From positions 79,546 to 143,545 of the forward strand of contig JAJDCH010000002.1 in the NCBI GenBank assembly GCA_029260905.1: a stretch of 64,000 nt of DNA, read 5' to 3'. The translations under genes were made by a program, and so were the position numbers. Shown here piece by piece: positions 1 to 9,305 of the stretch. Position 1 is the first letter of the stretch; every line of letters begins with the position of its first letter. Below the pieces are notes generated by a model. The model had not been told where the DNA came from, ran no database searches, and was given only the letters and a program-made list of their open reading frames with translations. The stretch is from Candidatus Levyibacteriota bacterium. Its GTDB lineage: Bacteria > Patescibacteriota > Microgenomatia > Levybacterales > UBA12049.

Positions 1-495
1 AGGTATTAATTCCTCTCTAAATGTTTTTAGTAAAATTAGTTCTTTGTCAGTTGTCATTTTATTATCTAGCACGCAAACTCCTAAATCAATAACGCCAAGT
101 TTTAGTTTGGACATAATTTCAGACGAGTTATCAATTATGAGATCTAGTTTGTACTTTTCCGAATCTGAATATCTTTGGAAAAAAGATCCAAGCTTCAGAG
201 CAGCATTATCAAATGCGCCAATTGAAAAGAAAGGTAGTTTTGATCTGGATAGATTTTTATTCTTTGCGTTTTCCCAAAGCTCTATTATTTTTTCAGCAAT
301 TAAGAAAATTGCTTCTCCATCAGATGTTAGATTCATATTGCGTCCTTTTTGAATTAGGAGTTTGGTACCCAACTCTTTTTCAAGTCTTGAGATCGATTGA
401 GATAGCGCAGATTGAGTTATGAATACCTCTCTTGACGTTTTGGTAAGGTTGCCTGATTTGGCAACAAGTAAAAATCTTTTTAATTCATCTATCAT
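1..495 (-). CDS. LysR-family transcriptional regulator (runs off the left edge of the window)
   Basis: Absent from the ORF track. Manual translation from ATG at 495 gives MIDELKRFLLVAKSGNLTKTSREVFITQSALSQSISRLEKELGTKLLIQKGRNMNLT, a classic LysR N-terminal HTH. Divergent from ino1. Confidence 0.9.
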   Translation of the reverse strand, partial: MIDELKRFLLVAKSGNLTKTSREVFITQSALSQSISRLEKELGTKLLIQKGRNMNLTSDGEAIFLIAEKIIELWENAKNKNLSRSKLPFFSIGAFDNAALKLGSFFQRYSDSEKYKLDLIIDNSSEIMSKLKLGVIDLGVCVLDNKMTTDKELILLKTFREELIP

Positions 496-589
496 TAATA
501 ATATTAATATACCATAAAAAGTATTAATTTTACAACTAGTTATTTATATGATAACCTGTATAAATTGATTGATTTATCAATTAAAAATT

Positions 590-1687
590 ATGGCAAATAG
601 AAAAATAAAGATTGCAATAGTAGGTGTTGGAAATTGCGCCTCATCTCTTGTTCAGGGTATTCACTATTATAGAAACGCAAAAGAAGATCATTTCATACCA
701 GGGGTGATGCATGTAAATTTTGGGGGTTATCAGATAAAAGATCTAGAAGTCGTAGCAGCATTTGATGTTAATAAAAATAAGGTCGGAAAAGACGTGGCTG
801 AGGCTATTTATGCAGAACCAAACAATACTGCTGTTTTTGCAAAAGTTCCCAAAATGGGAGTAAAAGTGATGATGGGTCCTCGAATGGATGGAGTGAACTA
901 TACCACAGAACCACTTGTACCAGTTGGAAATGACAAGCCAGTTGATGTTGCAAAGGTTTTAAAGGAATCAGGCGCAGAGGCAGTTATAAATTATCTACCA
1001 GTTGGCTCGCAAGACGCAACTGAGTTTTACGCACAAGCTGCAATCGATGCAGGATGTGGCTTTGTGAATTGCATTCCTGTTTTTATTGCATCTGATAAAA
1101 AATGGGCTAAGAAATTTGAAGATGCAGGATTGCCGGTAATAGGGGATGATATAAAGGCACAGGTTGGATCAACTATAGTTCATAGAACTTTAACAACCAT
1201 GTTTCTTGATCGGGGAATGAAGATTGAGAGAACATATCAACTCAATAATGGTGGTAATACTGATTTTCTTAATCTGATAGATAGAACTCGTGGTAAATGG
1301 AAAAAGATCAGCAAGACTGAGGCTGTAACTAGCATGATGGAGCAAAGAGGTCAGAAAATTGATCCTGATAATGTTCACATCGGCCCGTCAGATTATGTTC
1401 CATGGCTTAAAGACAATAAGCTTGGTTTTATAAGAATTGAGAGCAATCATTTTGGAGACGTACCCATGAATATAGAAATAAGACTGAGCGTAGAGGATTC
1501 TCCAAATTCAGCTGGTGTTGCCATAGATTCAATTCGTTGTCTGAAACTGGCTCTTGATAATGGTCTCAAAGGCGCAATTATTGAACCGGCAGCTTACTTC
1601 AAAAAGCATCCTCCAGTTCAAATTGAAGATAGAAAAGCAAGAGAGCTAGTTGAGGAATTTATTAAAAAATACGGCCACAAAAATTAA
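590..1687 (+). CDS. ino1: myo-inositol-1-phosphate synthase (actinobacterial/archaeal type)
   Basis: GVGNCASSLVQG, YLPVGS, GDDIKAQVG, YQLNNGGNTDFLN and DSPNSAG motifs. ATG at 590 preferred over TTG at 569. Confidence 0.95.
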   Translation: MANRKIKIAIVGVGNCASSLVQGIHYYRNAKEDHFIPGVMHVNFGGYQIKDLEVVAAFDVNKNKVGKDVAEAIYAEPNNTAVFAKVPKMGVKVMMGPRMDGVNYTTEPLVPVGNDKPVDVAKVLKESGAEAVINYLPVGSQDATEFYAQAAIDAGCGFVNCIPVFIASDKKWAKKFEDAGLPVIGDDIKAQVGSTIVHRTLTTMFLDRGMKIERTYQLNNGGNTDFLNLIDRTRGKWKKISKTEAVTSMMEQRGQKIDPDNVHIGPSDYVPWLKDNKLGFIRIESNHFGDVPMNIEIRLSVEDSPNSAGVAIDSIRCLKLALDNGLKGAIIEPAAYFKKHPPVQIEDRKARELVEEFIKKYGHKN

Positions 1688-2284
1688 TTATAAGTTTTCG
1701 TAAGCATATTTTATCCTCTGGATAACGGTAAAAAGAGAAAGAATTGTCAGAATTATAAGGGTTAACTCAGCAAGGTTTAGTCCATATAGTAAAACATTTG
1801 GATAAATCATAAAAAGCACAACGCTAAAAACAATCATTATCATTCTTTCAGAGTGTTCGATGATGCCTACTCCAGATGCAAAATCAGCGCCTTTTTTACT
1901 TCGCAAACCCCCTTGTGCCCTGATATAGCTTGTCAGGAAGGCAAAAAGAAGAAGAGGTGTAGTGATTTCCCATCTGACAATTCCGGCAAAAGAAAAGGCA
2001 GTTATCACAAAAAAATTTGAAATCCTATCAATAGTTGAATCAAGAAAGCCACCAAAACTACTTACCTTATTGTATTTCCTGGCAATCATTCCATCAATCA
2101 TGTCCAAGAAACTACCAAGGAATGCAATGATTGCTGCAAGAAACCATTTATTGATCAAAAAGACAAAAAAAAGAATTGGTGGTATACTTCCAAGTATGGT
2201 TAACAGGTTTGGATTTACATTTCTAAGTAGATGGGCAAGTGGTGTAAATAATTTTTCAATTTCAGCCTTTTTATAACTTAACAT
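1688..2284 (-). CDS. CDP-alcohol phosphatidyltransferase, probably phosphatidyl/archaetidyl-inositol-phosphate synthase
   Basis: Signature DGxxAR-x8-G-xx-LDxxxD (DGMIARKYNKVSSFGGFLDSTID), SYIRA..GIIEHSER segment, several TM helices, abuts ino1. Confidence 0.85.
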   Translation of the reverse strand: MLSYKKAEIEKLFTPLAHLLRNVNPNLLTILGSIPPILFFVFLINKWFLAAIIAFLGSFLDMIDGMIARKYNKVSSFGGFLDSTIDRISNFFVITAFSFAGIVRWEITTPLLLFAFLTSYIRAQGGLRSKKGADFASGVGIIEHSERMIMIVFSVVLFMIYPNVLLYGLNLAELTLIILTILSLFTVIQRIKYAYENL

Positions 2285-2948
2285 GATTAAAAAACAGTAT
2301 AAAATTGATTTTCATACGCACTCTATATTATCACATGACGGGGGTTTGAAGAAAGAGGAATATCGAAGGCTTTTGAAAGAAGGTGTTTTGGATTTTGTTG
2401 CCATAACAGATCATAATGAAATCAGTTTTGCAAAATCTCTAAAAAAAGAATTTGGTGAAAAAATAATAATTGGTGAAGAAATAAAATCATTTGATGGTGA
2501 GATTATTGGTCTGTTTCTTCAAAAAAGAATTGAGCCAAATATGTCATCTGCAAAAACAATTGATGAAATACATATGCAGGGTGGGATTTCTTATATTCCT
2601 CATCCATTTGAAAAATCAAGATCGGGGATGCAAAAAAGAGATTTGGAAAAATTAGTATCTGAAATAGATATAATTGAGTCATTTAATGCCAGGGGTATTT
2701 TTCGCGGAAAGCCTGGTATGGCAAATGAATTTGCAAAAAGATATAATATTGCAACTGTCTCATCAAGCGATGCTCACTGCATTTTCGGTGTTGGATCAGC
2801 TTTTACGATAGTAAATGCATTTCCAGATGAAAAAAATATAAAAAATTTATTAAAAAAAGGACTGTTTCAAAAAAAGTATGCAGTTTGGTATAGCTTGCTT
2901 TGTCCATTTTTTAACAAAATAAAAAATAAAATTATTCTTGGAGTATGA
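2283..2948 (+). CDS. PHP-domain metal-dependent phosphoesterase
   Basis: DFHTHS..SHDG, AITDHN, GEEI, PHPF and SSDAH motifs. Confidence 0.9.
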   Translation: MIKKQYKIDFHTHSILSHDGGLKKEEYRRLLKEGVLDFVAITDHNEISFAKSLKKEFGEKIIIGEEIKSFDGEIIGLFLQKRIEPNMSSAKTIDEIHMQGGISYIPHPFEKSRSGMQKRDLEKLVSEIDIIESFNARGIFRGKPGMANEFAKRYNIATVSSSDAHCIFGVGSAFTIVNAFPDEKNIKNLLKKGLFQKKYAVWYSLLCPFFNKIKNKIILGV

Positions 2949-3850
2949 GAGATACATTATTTTTATTAAATCCAAAAGCAAATTACAAGGCATCAAAAAA
3001 GATGTGGGATAAAATTTATAAAAAATATTCTGATCTGCCAAAAAATCCTGTTGATATAACCAAAATTAATCTTCTGCACGTTTTGAGAAAGAAAAAATAT
3101 AAATTAATTGTAATTGCAGGAGGTGATGGGACAATAAATCATGTTGTAAGTAATGTTTCTAAAATTAAGAACAAGCCTGATCTTGCAATTATTCCAATGG
3201 GTTTTGGTAATGCTCTTTCATATTGTTTGGGAGTTGAAACAGTGGCAAAGGCATTAGATGTGATTAGAAAAAAACAGGAAAAAATAACAATAGATATTAT
3301 GAAAACAAATATTCCAGGGCACGAGCGGGGAGTTTTCAATATTAGCATAGGATTTGATGCTAAGATAATTCACCTTAAAAATGATTTTGAATACATTGGC
3401 ATGGTTTCATATTTATTTTCAACAGTCAAAAGTTTTTTTTCACATACGGAAAAAGAAATCACTTTTATAATAGATCATAGTAAAAAATTATCAGCAACTG
3501 CATCATCATTATCAATTGCAAATTGTCCAATTCTTGGACAAAATTATGTTATTTCGCCAACAGCGAAGTTAGATGACGGATTGCTTGATTGTACTCTCTT
3601 TTCTACAAAATATGCTTATTTGACAAATCTCAGGCTTGCAGGTTTTAAACACCCTCTTTATACAGAGCTAGGTAAGGTGCGGTTTAAAGCATCTCATGTT
3701 AGAATAGAAGGAGAACCTTTTGTTCAGGTTGATGGAGATCCCGTTATCCAGAGTGAGGGAATTGAAATAGAAATCATGAAATCTCATGTTACTTTTTTAA
3801 GAAATAGCGATAATAAAATAAAGCAAGTCTATCGCCCTTTTGTTATATGA
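2945..3850 (+). CDS. Diacylglycerol/lipid kinase family protein (DgkB/YegS-like)
   Basis: LNPKA, AGGDGT, IPMGFGNAL, IGFDA, LDDGLLD and VQVDGD motifs. ATGA overlap with the PHP gene. Confidence 0.92.
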   Translation: MRDTLFLLNPKANYKASKKMWDKIYKKYSDLPKNPVDITKINLLHVLRKKKYKLIVIAGGDGTINHVVSNVSKIKNKPDLAIIPMGFGNALSYCLGVETVAKALDVIRKKQEKITIDIMKTNIPGHERGVFNISIGFDAKIIHLKNDFEYIGMVSYLFSTVKSFFSHTEKEITFIIDHSKKLSATASSLSIANCPILGQNYVISPTAKLDDGLLDCTLFSTKYAYLTNLRLAGFKHPLYTELGKVRFKASHVRIEGEPFVQVDGDPVIQSEGIEIEIMKSHVTFLRNSDNKIKQVYRPFVI

Positions 3851-4401
3851 TAAAAAATTTATTTTTTGTTCTTTGGTTTTTTGCTCCAAGTGGTGTTGCT
3901 AACATTGCAGCTTTTTTTTCGGGTAAAATACCTTATCTCAAGTCCTTCTCCTATCCTGTTGATTTAAGAAAAAAGATAAATGGTAAAAGAATTTTTGGCG
4001 ATAACAAGACGATAAGAGGTTTAATTTTTGGTGTAATATCATCTGTTGTTGCTGTTTATCTACAAATTTTTTTATACAACCAATTTGACTTTATAAGCTC
4101 TTTCGTAAGAATTGATTATAATCAAGTAGATCCTATTATTTTTGGAATGCTTTCAGGGTTTGGCGCATTGTTTGGTGATAGTTTGAAGAGTTTTTTCAAA
4201 AGAAGAGTAAATGTTCCACCTGGAAAGTCTTGGTTTCCATTTGATCAGATCGATTATGTTATAGGAGGAATGGTTTTTACTTCTTTTTATATCACTTTAA
4301 GTTTTTATGAATATTTATTGCTATTTCTTGTTTGGTTTATAATTCATCCAATAAATACTTTTTTGGGATTTATTCTTAAGCTTCGAAAAGAACCTCTTTG
4401 A
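3847..4401 (+). CDS. carS: CDP-archaeol synthase (CarS/DUF46)-like cytidylyltransferase
   Basis: PVD..K..GKRIFGDNKTIRG and GALFGDSLKSFFKRR...PPG..W..FDQID motifs typical of CarS; hydrophobic. ATGA overlap with the kinase gene. Confidence 0.85.
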   Translation: MIKNLFFVLWFFAPSGVANIAAFFSGKIPYLKSFSYPVDLRKKINGKRIFGDNKTIRGLIFGVISSVVAVYLQIFLYNQFDFISSFVRIDYNQVDPIIFGMLSGFGALFGDSLKSFFKRRVNVPPGKSWFPFDQIDYVIGGMVFTSFYITLSFYEYLLLFLVWFIIHPINTFLGFILKLRKEPL

Positions 4402-4539
4402 AAATCTAATTACTTGTTGACAGAAGTGTAATTGATGTACCAAAATTGGTTATAGGGTAGCAGAATAGAAGTTTTAGTAGTATAATACTCACACACAAGC
4501 TTTGTTAGCCCGCATTAAAAGCAAAAAGGAGGTAATATT

Positions 4540-5538
4540 ATGCAAGTTCCATCAATTACTCACAAGGGTTTATCATTTATAAACTTAAATGGTCCCAAAG
4601 AAGATCAGTTGAGATTTCTGAATAAAAATTTTGGATTCAGCATGCTTAATCTTGAGGACTATTTATACAAAACACAGATTCCCAAGATAGAGATTTATAA
4701 AGATTATTCTCTTCTTGTGATGGATATTCCATTTATTGCCCAGATGGAAAAATCAAAAGGAAATTCATTTGTACCTCAAGTTCTTTCAAGTCATGTGCCT
4801 TTCAAGACAAGTTCTAGGTCGGCAAGAAAAAAAAGAATAAATGTTGGAGAGGTCGACTTTTTTATAGGTAAAGATTATATTGTTGTTCTTCATGACAGTA
4901 AAACACCACAGATTGATGAACTTTTTGATATGTGTAAGGTTTCATCAAAACATAGAGAGGAGTTTATGGAAAAAGGTTCTTCTTTCCTTTTTTATAGATT
5001 AGTGGATGTTTTGGTTGATTCTGCTTTTTCATATGTTGAAGATATCTCAAATGCAATCGATTACATTGATAATCAGCTGGATGAGAATAGCACAGCAAGA
5101 GTGATAGAGGATATTTCAATAACAAGACGAAATATTGTTGTTTTTGAAACCATGATAAAGCCCGCGCTTCCTATTTTTGCTGATCTGGAAAAAGGAAAGT
5201 ACAAAGAATTAAACGGGGAGATGACTCCATACTGGAGCAATATTTTGGATCATTTGCAGAAAATTTGGGAGAGACTGGAGGATCATAAAGAACTCATTCA
5301 GGGTATATCATCGAGTCATGAATCAATTCTTTCAAACAGAAGCAATGAGTTGGTTAAGTTTTTTACGCTTGTAACAGCTGTTGCATTTCCTTTTGTTCTT
5401 GTGAATAATCTTTACTCTATGAATGTAATGGGGCTTCCCTATGCAGAGAAATCTTGGATTGTTTGGATACTTTTTCTCCTTGCTTTCACAGGTGGGGGAT
5501 TGGTGCTTGCATACTTCAAGTATAGGGATTGGTTGTAG
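4540..5538 (+). CDS. corA: CorA-family Mg2+/Co2+ transporter
   Basis: PKIEIY segment, two C-terminal TM helices, YSMN variant of the YGMN signature. SD AAGGAGG upstream. Confidence 0.9.
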   Translation: MQVPSITHKGLSFINLNGPKEDQLRFLNKNFGFSMLNLEDYLYKTQIPKIEIYKDYSLLVMDIPFIAQMEKSKGNSFVPQVLSSHVPFKTSSRSARKKRINVGEVDFFIGKDYIVVLHDSKTPQIDELFDMCKVSSKHREEFMEKGSSFLFYRLVDVLVDSAFSYVEDISNAIDYIDNQLDENSTARVIEDISITRRNIVVFETMIKPALPIFADLEKGKYKELNGEMTPYWSNILDHLQKIWERLEDHKELIQGISSSHESILSNRSNELVKFFTLVTAVAFPFVLVNNLYSMNVMGLPYAEKSWIVWILFLLAFTGGGLVLAYFKYRDWL

Positions 5539-5540
5539 TT

Positions 5541-6647
5541 TTACAGTCTCACTTTTAATGAATCTCCTTTGAAAATAACATTTTTTGGTTTTATAATTAC
5601 CTGTCTCTCGCCATCCTCTACATATCCGGCATCAAGACTTTCAAATCCATTTTCTCTTACGATTTCCTGCGCTTTTTGGATATCTTCTTTTGGTAAAAAT
5701 ATCGCATAATCCTGCCCCATGTTGAATTCATCATACATTTCATAATCAGTCAGTCCTGCTTCAGTTTGTATAAAATCAAAAAGTTCATGAGGTTCAAAGG
5801 TTTTTTCGATAACATATCTAAGCTCAGTTCTTGCTCTCATCACTTTTCTTAGACCATGACCTGTTACATTTGAAATGTAGTGAATGTCAATTTCTGAATC
5901 AAGAAGATTTTGAATCAATTTTGCATAGATGTTTGTTTTTTGAAGAATTGCCTCGCCATAAATTTGACCAGATTTTAATTTAGTTCCATATCCTTCTGGA
6001 AGTTTTTTTCCAATTGCGCGAGCAAGAGATAGGCCGTTTGCATTGATACCAGTTGATTTGAGAAAAAGAATTCGATCTCCAGAGATAAGACCCTTGTCAC
6101 TTATCAATCTTTTTTTATTATTTATTATCCCCACACATGATCCACCAAGTGCTACTGTTCTTGGATTTATGATACCTTTAAGAGTGGGAGTCTCGCCGCC
6201 ACCCCATGAACAACCAGCAAGATCACAAGCTGATTTCCAGCCAGATATTAGATCAGTCATTCTTTTTTCATCAGCAAGCCAATCGTTATTTTCAATTGCC
6301 CAATATGCATGAAGAACAAGGGGTTGAGCACCAACTGTTACGAGATCATTGATGATTGTTCCAATTGTATCGTGTCCGATTATGTCGTAGTATGTTTTTC
6401 CTGTTATTTTTCTTGTCTCATCCGCAACCAAATTTTTTGTTCCCAACTGCTCAGCAACTGCTGCCATATAGATATCGCCTTGCCTCCAGACGTATGCAGA
6501 CTCACCACGAGAGTCAGACATTTCATCAAAACCATGTTTTTTTAGATTTTTACCTGTTTTTTCAGCTGCAGTTTGTGCCAAAATTTTGATCGGATCTTTG
6601 GTGTCGTAGTTATCTCCAACTTCAGAATATTTAATTTTTTTATTCAT
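5541..6647 (-). CDS. purM: AIR synthetase (phosphoribosylformylglycinamidine cyclo-ligase)
   Basis: LGTK, IND..TVGAQP, GGETP, STGINANGLSL, NVTGHG and FNMG motifs. Confidence 0.93.
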   Translation of the reverse strand: MNKKIKYSEVGDNYDTKDPIKILAQTAAEKTGKNLKKHGFDEMSDSRGESAYVWRQGDIYMAAVAEQLGTKNLVADETRKITGKTYYDIIGHDTIGTIINDLVTVGAQPLVLHAYWAIENNDWLADEKRMTDLISGWKSACDLAGCSWGGGETPTLKGIINPRTVALGGSCVGIINNKKRLISDKGLISGDRILFLKSTGINANGLSLARAIGKKLPEGYGTKLKSGQIYGEAILQKTNIYAKLIQNLLDSEIDIHYISNVTGHGLRKVMRARTELRYVIEKTFEPHELFDFIQTEAGLTDYEMYDEFNMGQDYAIFLPKEDIQKAQEIVRENGFESLDAGYVEDGERQVIIKPKNVIFKGDSLKVRL

Positions 6648-7615
6648 ATTGTAATTTTATTTATGTTTTCTATTATACGTTTTTTAATAGGATAATCAAA
6701 TTCCTTAAAAGCGTTTCCTGTTATTTTTTCATAGACTGCAATATAGCGCTGTGCTGTTTTGATAATTAGCTCATCTGTCATAGGTGGAGGAGGTCCATCT
6801 CCCTGATATCCTTTGTCAGCGTACCAAAGCCTGAGGAACTCTTTGTCAAAATTTTCTGGTTCCTGGCCTTTGATTATTCTTTCTTTGTAAGTATCAGCAA
6901 TCCAGAATCGTGATGAGTCTGGGGTATGAACTTCATCAATCAGCATTAATTTACCGTCAAATAATCCAAATTCATATTTTGTATCTACCAAGACAACTCC
7001 GTGTTCTTCGCACCATCTGCTACCAAATTCAAACAGATCAAGTGAAATTTTTTCCATTTGTTCATACAGTTCTTCACTGACAATTTTTTGATTGATAATC
7101 TCTTCACGTGTTAATCTCTCATCATGAATATTGGAGCCTGCATCAGGATGAGTGGTTGGAGTTATGATGGGATTTGTTAATTTCTGATTTTTTTTCATAC
7201 CATCTGGAAATTTGATTCCATAGATATTTCGTTCGCCGTTTTGATATGAATACCAAATTGAGGTTTTGGTAACTCCAGACATATATCCACGCACTACCAT
7301 TTCAACAGGAATAGGCTTGCAATTATTGGAAATAAGAACATTTGGGTCGGGGACTGAGATCATATGGTTGTCAACTAGGTCTTTTGTCTTTTCAAACCAA
7401 AATGCTGCTAGCTGATTAAGAACTGCGCCTTTGAAAGGAATGCTTCCCAAGATTACGTCAAAAGCTGACTGCCTATCTGTTGTTATGGTTATTCTCTTGT
7501 CCTTTTTGATATAAAAATCACGTACTTTGCCAGAGTATTTTTTATCAAGATTTGGAAGATCAATTGATTTTAAAGCAAGGGGAATTGTAGTTAGTATTGT
7601 TTTTTCATCAATCAT
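6644..7615 (-). CDS. purC: SAICAR synthetase
   Basis: [41 protein letters not shown] and DKEFLR motifs. Confidence 0.96.
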   Translation of the reverse strand: MIDEKTILTTIPLALKSIDLPNLDKKYSGKVRDFYIKKDKRITITTDRQSAFDVILGSIPFKGAVLNQLAAFWFEKTKDLVDNHMISVPDPNVLISNNCKPIPVEMVVRGYMSGVTKTSIWYSYQNGERNIYGIKFPDGMKKNQKLTNPIITPTTHPDAGSNIHDERLTREEIINQKIVSEELYEQMEKISLDLFEFGSRWCEEHGVVLVDTKYEFGLFDGKLMLIDEVHTPDSSRFWIADTYKERIIKGQEPENFDKEFLRLWYADKGYQGDGPPPPMTDELIIKTAQRYIAVYEKITGNAFKEFDYPIKKRIIENINKITI

Positions 7616-8145
7616 TTATTTTTATCAAGATAATCTTTTACACCGATTTTGTCCAATAATTCGATTTTTTCCATAACCATATTTTTTAAATCAGTTTTGT
7701 ATTTTTCCAATTTTTCCTGAATTGATTTATCACTTGCTCCTATTATCCTTGCAGCCAGAAGACCTGCATTTTTAGCCCCATTTATTGTAACAGTCGCAAC
7801 AGGAATGCCCGGGGGCATCTGGACAATTGAAAGAAGTGAGTCAAGCCCGTCAAGAGATTTGGTTTTTACTGGCACACCGATAACTGGAAGAGTTGTGTGG
7901 GAGGAAACCATACCTGGTAAATGCGCAGATCCTCCAGCTCCAGCAATTATAACTTTTATACCTCTATTAACTGCAGATTTTGTGTATTCATTCATCCTTT
8001 CAGGTGTGCGGTGTGCTGATACAATTGTTGTTTCGTTTGGAATACCAATCTCGTCAAGAATTTTTACAGCTTCACTCATCACGAGAAGATCTGAATCAGA
8101 CCCCATTATTATTGCTACGATTGGTTTATTGTTAGATTGTTCCAT
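7612..8145 (-). CDS. purE: N5-CAIR mutase
   Basis: [24 protein letters not shown] and [13 protein letters not shown] motifs. Confidence 0.97.
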   Translation of the reverse strand: MEQSNNKPIVAIIMGSDSDLLVMSEAVKILDEIGIPNETTIVSAHRTPERMNEYTKSAVNRGIKVIIAGAGGSAHLPGMVSSHTTLPVIGVPVKTKSLDGLDSLLSIVQMPPGIPVATVTINGAKNAGLLAARIIGASDKSIQEKLEKYKTDLKNMVMEKIELLDKIGVKDYLDKNK

Positions 8146-8147
8146 TG

Positions 8148-9305
8148 CTAGATTGTTATAAATGACCTTGCTTTTTTTGCCTTTTCAATGCATTCATCAA
8201 GTGAGTTTCCAACCACTGTGATGTGTCCCATCTTGCGCTCATGTCTTGTCTCCAGTTTACCATAGATATGTACGCTTACGCCAGGTATTTTTTTAGCTTT
8301 TTCAACTCCCATTGGTTTTGCTTTGCCTTTTCTTTCTCCAAGGATGTTTATCATGATTGATGCTGGTACAATCATTTTGGTTTCTCCAAGATCCATTCCT
8401 GAAATTGCTCTAAGGTGTTGTTCAAATTGAGATGTTTTATTTGCTTCAATTGTATGGTGGCCTGAGTTATGAACGCGGGGCGCGATTTCATTTATTAGGA
8501 TTTCGTTAGCAGCTGTTAAAAACATTTCTACTCCAAATACCCCAGCTCCATCAAGTAGTTTTATCGCATCTTCTGCTATTTGTTTAGCCTTTTCCTTAGT
8601 TTTTTTATCAATGACCGCAGGAGAAAAAAGATAATTAAGAATGTTATTTTCATGAACTGTTTCAACAACTGGATATGAATCAATTATACCAGAAGTGTTT
8701 CTAGCTACCATAATAGCTAATTCTTTTTTGAATGGTACAAATTTTTCTACATATAAATTTTTGCCTTGAAGTTTCTCTAGTGCATTATCGATCTGATTTT
8801 CTGTTTTGATTAATGCATTTCCTCGACCATCATATGCACCAGTTCTTACTTTAAGGAGGATGGGATATCCAAATTTTTTAATTGCTTTTTGAATATCTGA
8901 TTTTGTTTTTACTTCCAGAAATTCAGGAGTTGGTAAATTGTTTTTTTTTAAAAATTTGTTTTGTTTGAGCTTGTCTTGAATAATAGCTAGTGTTTTGGGG
9001 GATGGGTAAACTGGTTTTCCATCGTCTTTGATTTTTTGAAGAATGTTTTGAAGTCCTTTCTCATTTGTTACCTCAACTTCAATTGTTAAAACATCTGATT
9101 TTTCAGCAAGCTCTTCAACAGCTTTTTTGTTAGTAAAGTTGGCTACTACTTGCTCATCTGCTATTTGTCCTGCGGGGGAGTCTGGATTGGGGTCAAGTAC
9201 CGTTAGTGAAAGTCCAAGCTTGTGTGCAGGGTCAACCATCATTCTTGCCAGTTGTCCTCCACCAATTATTCCGACCCTAGTTGTCATTTGCATTTTTTGA
9301 GTCAT
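8148..9305 (-). CDS. purK: N5-CAIR synthetase (true start may be a few codons downstream)
   Basis: [36 protein letters not shown] and RKMGH motifs. Confidence 0.96.
   Translation of the reverse strand: MTQKMQMTTRVGIIGGGQLARMMVDPAHKLGLSLTVLDPNPDSPAGQIADEQVVANFTNKKAVEELAEKSDVLTIEVEVTNEKGLQNILQKIKDDGKPVYPSPKTLAIIQDKLKQNKFLKKNNLPTPEFLEVKTKSDIQKAIKKFGYPILLKVRTGAYDGRGNALIKTENQIDNALEKLQGKNLYVEKFVPFKKELAIMVARNTSGIIDSYPVVETVHENNILNYLFSPAVIDKKTKEKAKQIAEDAIKLLDGAGVFGVEMFLTAANEILINEIAPRVHNSGHHTIEANKTSQFEQHLRAISGMDLGETKMIVPASIMINILGERKGKAKPMGVEKAKKIPGVSVHIYGKLETRHERKMGHITVVGNSLDECIEKAKKARSFITI

Noticed and set aside
44-422. Plus-strand ORFs 44-352 and 213-422
   Set aside because: They are antisense shadows of the LysR gene on the minus strand.
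3847-4401. De novo archaeal ether-lipid synthesis
   Set aside because: No GGGP or DGGGP synthase or G1P dehydrogenase in the window; CarS alone does not show ether-lipid synthesis.
4402-4539. M-box or other metal riboswitch upstream of corA
   Set aside because: A TATAAT sits about 55 nt before the start, leaving too little room, and no terminator or aptamer is visible.
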